From assembly GCA_963666275.2 (NCBI GenBank), contig CAXXOA010000002.1, positions 1,152,001-1,216,000 of the forward strand: a DNA stretch of 64,000 bases, read 5' to 3'. The stretch comes from Oceanispirochaeta sp. GTDB taxonomy: Bacteria; Spirochaetota; Spirochaetia; DSM-2461. The notes beneath the pieces are model-generated. The model was not told the origin of the DNA. It made no database searches and was given only the letters and a program-made list of their open reading frames with translations. A program made the position numbers and the translations under genes. How positions within the stretch are numbered: the first letter of the stretch is position 1; every line of letters begins with the position of its first letter. This document shows, piece by piece, positions 58,676 to 64,000 of the stretch.

Positions 58676-59149
58676 ATGAAACGGATATATGTACTCTTAT
58701 TCCCTGTTGCGGGGAATCCTGTGAAAAAGAGGCTTTTACTGGCCCTGGTCATTAGTGCTGGCTTTGCCTCACATCTTCCGGCTCAGACTCCCCAGGAGGG
58801 GGTGGGAATCACCATCACAGTGAACGGGGTGGAACTTCAGGGATCTCTCAACCGGAGCACAACCTCTGCCGCTTTTCTTGAAAAACTCCCTCTGACACTG
58901 CCCATGCTGAACCGCTACTCCCGGGAACTGGTATACAGGTTTGCCGATCCTTTTCCGGCAGAGGATGTTGAATATACAGGATACGAGGTGGGTGAGATCA
59001 TATACTGGCCTCCCCGGCACAGCTTTGTGATCATGTATGCTCAGAACGGGGAACGTTTCTCCATGCAGAAGATGGGGACAGTCCTTTCAGACCTGGATTT
59101 TCTGAAGGACCTGGTGGATCCGGAAGTGACAATCCGTTTGTCAGAGTAA
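58676..59149 (+). CDS. Cyclophilin-like fold protein
   Basis: AFLEKLPLTL.M...E....GEIIYWPP....VIMY; start uncertain. Confidence 0.75.
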   Translation: MKRIYVLLFPVAGNPVKKRLLLALVISAGFASHLPAQTPQEGVGITITVNGVELQGSLNRSTTSAAFLEKLPLTLPMLNRYSRELVYRFADPFPAEDVEYTGYEVGEIIYWPPRHSFVIMYAQNGERFSMQKMGTVLSDLDFLKDLVDPEVTIRLSE

Positions 59150-59187
59150 AAAAAATACATTAAGAATTTAAAAAGGTAAGCATTTTT

Positions 59188-59586
59188 ATGAATTGCGATG
59201 AACTGTGTGAGCGTTACAATCTGACGAAAGAGACCATAGAGGAGCTGGAGAAACAGGGCTTTCTTACAAGTATGAGCTGCCATAACGGAGAGGTCTCGTT
59301 CTCCGAGGAGGATCTGGGCTGTCTGAACAGAATCTTCACGTTGAAGAACGCCGGGATCGATCTGGAAAAGATCAAGGAGATTCTGAAAATGGAACAGGAT
59401 GGTTCCCGTTCTATAACCCGCAGACTGAGAGTCCTGAAAGAACAGAGGGACCGGCAGATGCGGGAACTTCACAGGGCCCAGAAAACCATAGACAGGCTGG
59501 ATTTTCTGATTCATGAACTGAGAAGCAGCGAAGAGAGTACCGGGAGGGAAAATGACAAAATCCTTAAAAGTAAAGATAGCCGTTGA
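59188..59586 (+). CDS. MerR-family regulator
   Basis: N-terminal HTH, FSEEDL..L..I..LKNAGIDLEKIK, coiled coil. Confidence 0.8.
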   Translation: MNCDELCERYNLTKETIEELEKQGFLTSMSCHNGEVSFSEEDLGCLNRIFTLKNAGIDLEKIKEILKMEQDGSRSITRRLRVLKEQRDRQMRELHRAQKTIDRLDFLIHELRSSEESTGRENDKILKSKDSR

Positions 59587-60259
59587 CCTGGCTATGACCC
59601 TGGTTCTTCTGGTGCAGATGGGGTATATGCTGACAGGGGATCTCTCCCATGAAATAACAGGGACCGTGATGATCGCTCTATGGATCGCCCATAATCTTCT
59701 GAACCGGAAGTGGTACTCCTCCCTTATGAAAGGGCGTTATCCTCTGAAAAGGATCATTAATTCAGTCCTGAATCTTCTGCTGCTTCTGGCTGTGGCGGGA
59801 CAGATTGTCAGTGCCGTGATCATGTCGTCCTATGTCTTCCGTTTTCTGGGAATCCAGATAGGCATGGGATTCGCCAGGCTTGTGCATATGGTCTGTGCCT
59901 ACTGGCTCCTGGTTCTTTCTTCCCTGCATCTGGGGCTTCACTGGAGCCGAATCATCAAAATTCTCAAAACGAAAACAGCCTATCAGCCTTCTCTGCCGGG
60001 GAAGATCCTTATGAATACCCTGGCGGTCGGAGTCTCCTGTTTCGGCCTTTACGCTTTTATTAAAAATCAGATTCCCATCTATATGTTTATGAGAACTCAG
60101 TTTGTCTTTTTTGATTTCAGCCAGTCGGCTGTGCTCTTTTTCCTGGAATACATAAGTATTCTGGTTCTCTTCGCATCCCTTTCCTATTATGGATCCGCGG
60201 TTCTGGCGGGAAAACAACTCTCAAGGAGATCTTCATGTTCTGTATCAGAGGAAAGCTGA
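59552..60259 (+). CDS. DUF4405-type membrane protein
   Basis: HEITG...AHNLLN.KW, H...AYW....SSLHLGLHW His-rich TM pattern. Confidence 0.75.
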   Translation: MTKSLKVKIAVDLAMTLVLLVQMGYMLTGDLSHEITGTVMIALWIAHNLLNRKWYSSLMKGRYPLKRIINSVLNLLLLLAVAGQIVSAVIMSSYVFRFLGIQIGMGFARLVHMVCAYWLLVLSSLHLGLHWSRIIKILKTKTAYQPSLPGKILMNTLAVGVSCFGLYAFIKNQIPIYMFMRTQFVFFDFSQSAVLFFLEYISILVLFASLSYYGSAVLAGKQLSRRSSCSVSEES

Positions 60260-60909
60260 CTCTTTCCCTTCTCATTTTTGTTCTCATAGTTTCTGCCGCA
60301 GGGGCTCAAAGCCGTTCGGACATCCTTATAGCCTATTACACCTGGGCGGAGAATACGGTGGTCCTGGATCGGGAACGGGCCGTGCGGGAAGCCAACGGCC
60401 ATGTCTTCAGTATGGAAAACAGGTCCGGAGTGGATACAGTCACAACGGCCAGCGTCCTCCCTCCGGGCAATACCTCCCGGATGGCATCCTGGATTCAGGA
60501 GAAAACAGGGGGAGATCTCTACTCCATTCAGGTGGTGGATAAATACTCCTGCTACTGGGATGAATGCCTGGACCGGGCGGCCAATGAAAAAGCCCGGAGA
60601 GCTAGACCCGCACTGACCGGGACGGTGGAGAATATGGATCAGTACGACGTTGTATTTCTGGGTTTCCCCACCTGGTGGTATACCATTCCCATGGCCATTG
60701 CGAACTTTGTTGAGATTCATGACCTCTCGGATAAGACGGTCATTCCCTTTGTAGCCCACGGAACCAGCGGCATTGCCAGGACTATCCGGGATCTTGAAAA
60801 GCTCCTGCCATCTTCGGTTTCCCTGGAAAAGGAGATCGGTATCTACCGCTCCGAAGTCAGCGGGTCCAGAGGGAATGTGGAGTCCTGGCTGAAGGGACTG
60901 GGATATTGA
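60235..60909 (+). CDS. Flavodoxin-like exported protein
   Basis: LIAYY, GNT..MA..IQ, YDVVFLGFPTWW, PFVAHGTSG. Confidence 0.85.
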   Translation: MFCIRGKLTLSLLIFVLIVSAAGAQSRSDILIAYYTWAENTVVLDRERAVREANGHVFSMENRSGVDTVTTASVLPPGNTSRMASWIQEKTGGDLYSIQVVDKYSCYWDECLDRAANEKARRARPALTGTVENMDQYDVVFLGFPTWWYTIPMAIANFVEIHDLSDKTVIPFVAHGTSGIARTIRDLEKLLPSSVSLEKEIGIYRSEVSGSRGNVESWLKGLGY

Positions 60910-60964
60910 TGAAAAGTAATATTTAGAAAACGGAAATGATTCTGACAGGAATCATTCTCTGCTG

Positions 60965-61627
60965 ATTGTAAGGTATGCCGATACATTCTCATATTGTGAG
61001 AAACACGTCGATCGGCCGGACATGATCTGGGTGTGGCAACTGATTTTCTTGAGAATATATTGCTGCTGGCTGTCAACAGAGAAAAGACTCACGTTACACA
61101 TAGTTCTCGTGGTGTTAAATTCCTGGGAGTCGAAATCTTCAATATTTATACGGCAGTGCAACAGGAGAAAGTCACAGCTTTTAAAAAGAAAGTTAAGAGC
61201 TTTACGAAGATGAATCAGGGAATGAATCTGGAAAAGGCGATTCGCAGGCTGAATCCTTTGCTTAGGGTATTTGCCAATTATTTTCGAGTTACCAACTGTA
61301 GGAAAGTTTTTGTACTTTGATGGAATGGATCAGGAGGTGTATAAGGGCCATCCAATTAAAACTCTGGAAAAACCCTCGTCGGCTTAGACAGTTGGGAATT
61401 TCTGTCTTTTTAAGAAGAAGATGGATCGCTGGTGTCACTCTTCCAGCCAGTTGGCTAGCTTGTCTTTGTTGAATAAGTGGTTTGATGAACCTGGGATATT
61501 CAAAATGTGCAAAGTTGAAATAGGTCTCTGTATAGGGGAATTTTGAACAGGAGCCGATACAAGGTTCGCACGTACGGTTCTGTAAGAGGGATATTGCGGA
61601 ATTTATTTCCGCAATACCCTACTTTAT
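60965..61627 (+). pseudogene. Decayed, 5'-truncated group II intron of a second lineage
   Basis: Frameshifted RYAD at about 60971, VNREKT, FLG, LNPLLR.FANYF, stops and frameshifts; domain V-like GAGCCG...CGTACGGTTC and domain VI hairpin ending CTACTTTAT. Confidence 0.85.
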
Positions 61628-61829
61628 TTGCCTCTAATGAATTATTTCAATGCTTTTGAAGCATGGTATCGGGGTGGTAAAGAAGTATTGGGCATAATTC
61701 AGTGTTTTCTGTATATTAAATATAAATCATAGAATCTGACAGGAGAGACTCTCTTCTGAATCAGTTCTCCGGGAACAGGGCTTCCTGTAGGCTTCTTCAG
61801 ATTTTTTCGGGAAATAAAGAAACTGTGAC

Positions 61830-61860
61830 TTGACCTAGAGTCATCTCTAGTTATTAAGGT
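61830..61860 (+). promoter_or_regulatory. MerR-type promoter
   Basis: TTGACC-19 bp-TAAGGT with dyad CTAGAG-tcat-CTCTAG in the spacer. Confidence 0.75.
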
Positions 61861-61878
61861 CTTAAAGAGGAATAAAAA

Positions 61879-62751
61879 ATGGATAGAAAAAAAATTGAAC
61901 AGGAAATATTTCAGGAAGAACGCGCCCTTTTCCAGGGAGAGGATCTTTATATATCAGACACGATTTTTGAATCAGGTGAATCTCCTCTGAAGGAGAGCCA
62001 TCGGATTGAGATGGAACACAGCTCCTTTAAATGGAAATATCCTGTGTGGTACAGTTCTGATATTATCATCCGGAACAGCTCCTGGTTTGAAATGGCCCGG
62101 GCCGGTGTCTGGTATACCAACACAATCACGGTTGAAGACAGCATCATCGAGGCTCCCAAAAACTTCAGACGCTGCGACGGCATTACCCTGAAGAATGTGT
62201 CCCTTACCAATGCGGCGGAAACACTGTGGAGCTGCCGCAATATCGTGATGGATAATGTGAACGCCAAAGGCGACTATTTTGCCATGAACAGTGAAAATAT
62301 GAAGATCAATTCTCTAACCCTTGTGGGAGGATACTCCTTTGACGGTGTGAAGAATGTGGAGATTCACAACGCAAAGATTATGACCAAAGACGCCTTCTGG
62401 AACAGTGAAAATGTCACAGTCTATGATTCTCATATCTCCAGTGAATACCTGGGATGGAATGCAAAAAATCTGACACTCATAAACTGTACCATCGAGAGCC
62501 TTCAGGGTATGTGCTATATTGAGAATCTTGTGATGAAAAACTGTACTCTCCTCAACACGAATCTTGCCTTCGAGTACTCCACTGTGGATGTTCATATCAA
62601 TGGAAAAATCGACAGCATCAAAAATCCCGCCGGCGGGGTCATCCAGGCCGACAGCATCGGCGAGATCATTATGGACGACAGCAAAATCGACCCTGACAAA
62701 ACCAGGATCATCTGTACAGGCGAAGAAGAATCGATGAAAGAAGCCATCTGA
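61879..62751 (+). CDS. DUF3737-family beta-helix protein
   Basis: ERALF, GESPLKES, KWKYPVW, KDAFWN, EYLGW, TNLAFEYS. Confidence 0.85.
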   Translation: MDRKKIEQEIFQEERALFQGEDLYISDTIFESGESPLKESHRIEMEHSSFKWKYPVWYSSDIIIRNSSWFEMARAGVWYTNTITVEDSIIEAPKNFRRCDGITLKNVSLTNAAETLWSCRNIVMDNVNAKGDYFAMNSENMKINSLTLVGGYSFDGVKNVEIHNAKIMTKDAFWNSENVTVYDSHISSEYLGWNAKNLTLINCTIESLQGMCYIENLVMKNCTLLNTNLAFEYSTVDVHINGKIDSIKNPAGGVIQADSIGEIIMDDSKIDPDKTRIICTGEEESMKEAI

Positions 62752-62772
62752 AGGGTTTCCGGAAACAGGATT

Positions 62773-63969
62773 ATGAAATACGATTTTGATACACCCGTAA
62801 ACCGCAGGGACACAGACAGCTCCAAATGGAGTGTTCCCGAAAGCGAACTGCCCATGTGGGTGGCGGATATGGACTTTAAAACGGCTCCCCAGGTCATCGA
62901 GACCCTGGAGAAACGGGCCTCCCATGGTGTTTTCGGTTATACCGAAGTACCCGAGAGCTGGTATGATGCCTATGCCCTCTGGTGGAAAGAGCGCCACTCC
63001 TTTGAGATTTCCAGGGAGTGGATGATTTTTGCCACAGGGATTGTTCCCGCTATCTCCAGTGCGGTCAGAAAACTGACAACGGTGGGAGAAAAGGTCCTGA
63101 TTCAGAGTCCGGTGTACAATATCTTCTATAACTCCATTGTCAATAACGGCCGGAATGTACTGGAGAGTCCCCTGGTTTATGACAGGGGAGAGTACTCCAT
63201 TGACTTTCAGGATCTTGAAGAGAAACTGAAGGATCCCCAGACCACAATGATGATTCTCTGCAATCCCCATAACCCGGTGGGAAAAATCTGGGACCGGGAT
63301 ACTCTTGGGAGGATAGGGACTCTGTGCCGGGAAAACCATGTGGTTGTCCTGTCCGATGAGATCCACTGCGATCTGATCGACCCGGGTAAAGAGTACGTCC
63401 CTTTTGCCTCGGTTTCCGAAGACTGCCGGATGAACAGCGTTACCTGCATCTCTCCCACCAAAGCCTTCAATCTGGCGGGGCTGCAGACAGCGGCGGTGGT
63501 GGTTCCCCATGAAGGCTTGAGGAACAGGATGAACCGGTCCCTGAATACGGATGAAATTGCGGAACCCAATGTTTTTGCCGCAATCGCCGCGGTGGCGGCC
63601 TTTACCCGGGGAGGGGAGTGGCTGGAAGAGCTCCGTGAATATCTTTTTCAGAATAAATCTTATGTAAGAGCCTTTGTAGCAGAAAAAGGCCTTCCTGTCA
63701 GAATCGTCCCTTCGGAGGCTACCTATCTTCTCTGGCTCGACTGCAGGGACATCACTGGGGACAGTCAGAAACTCTACCGTTTTCTACGGGAAAAGGCGGG
63801 TCTCTATCTTACAGACGGAGCCCACTACGGCAGCGGTGGAGAGGGCTTTCTGCGCATGAATACAGCCTGTTCCCGCCGTGTTCTGGAAGAGGGGCTGGCA
63901 CGGTTTGAAAAGGGTATAAAGGATTATCTTCAGTCCGAAAAGATAACAAATGGAGGAGTCTTAAATTGA
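62773..63969 (+). CDS. MalY/PatB-family PLP-dependent C-S lyase
   Basis: PMWVADMDF, LCNPHNPVG, SDEIHCD, SPTKAFNLAGL, ATYLLW. Confidence 0.93.
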   Translation: MKYDFDTPVNRRDTDSSKWSVPESELPMWVADMDFKTAPQVIETLEKRASHGVFGYTEVPESWYDAYALWWKERHSFEISREWMIFATGIVPAISSAVRKLTTVGEKVLIQSPVYNIFYNSIVNNGRNVLESPLVYDRGEYSIDFQDLEEKLKDPQTTMMILCNPHNPVGKIWDRDTLGRIGTLCRENHVVVLSDEIHCDLIDPGKEYVPFASVSEDCRMNSVTCISPTKAFNLAGLQTAAVVVPHEGLRNRMNRSLNTDEIAEPNVFAAIAAVAAFTRGGEWLEELREYLFQNKSYVRAFVAEKGLPVRIVPSEATYLLWLDCRDITGDSQKLYRFLREKAGLYLTDGAHYGSGGEGFLRMNTACSRRVLEEGLARFEKGIKDYLQSEKITNGGVLN

Positions 63970-64000
63970 AAAAGTTTTTACTTGTCCTGTTTCTGGGATC

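Overview
Bacterial chromosomal window, probably from a free-living spirochaete (inferred from the lipoprotein signal style and gene content, not verified). Both flanks are moderately GC-rich and carry ordinary regulation, transport and redox-stress genes: oxyR-ahpCF, typA, MarR-CMD-lipoyl-E3, an HD-GYP phosphodiesterase, guaD, OhrR-type regulator with glutathione peroxidase, a TetR/ABC/MFS operon, MATE, a phytase-like phosphatase, and MerR/DUF3737/PatB. The centre (about 10.4-28.1 kb) is a mostly AT-rich, minus-strand integron-type cassette array with no integrase in the window. It has 6-7 cassettes, mostly two-gene, whose GTT and AAC cores match. Cargo includes a PIN toxin-antitoxin pair, DUF952 plus GNAT, a HEPN-like gene plus a K+-channel gene, an OLD nuclease plus a Vsr-like nuclease, and Fic. 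A complete group IIC-attC intron occupies one attC site. Three more attC sites carry 5'-truncated copies of the same intron (271, about 69 and 30 bp) with the same 3' insertion register, one of them fused to an IS110/IS1111 fragment. An intact IS66 sits inside one cassette. Other candidates are an isoprenoid-synthase-motif protein ending in W-D-V next to a membrane-bound LuxR regulator (a possible ComQX-like signalling pair), a DUF559 nuclease embedded in palindromic tandem repeats, and a second decayed group II intron near 61 kb.
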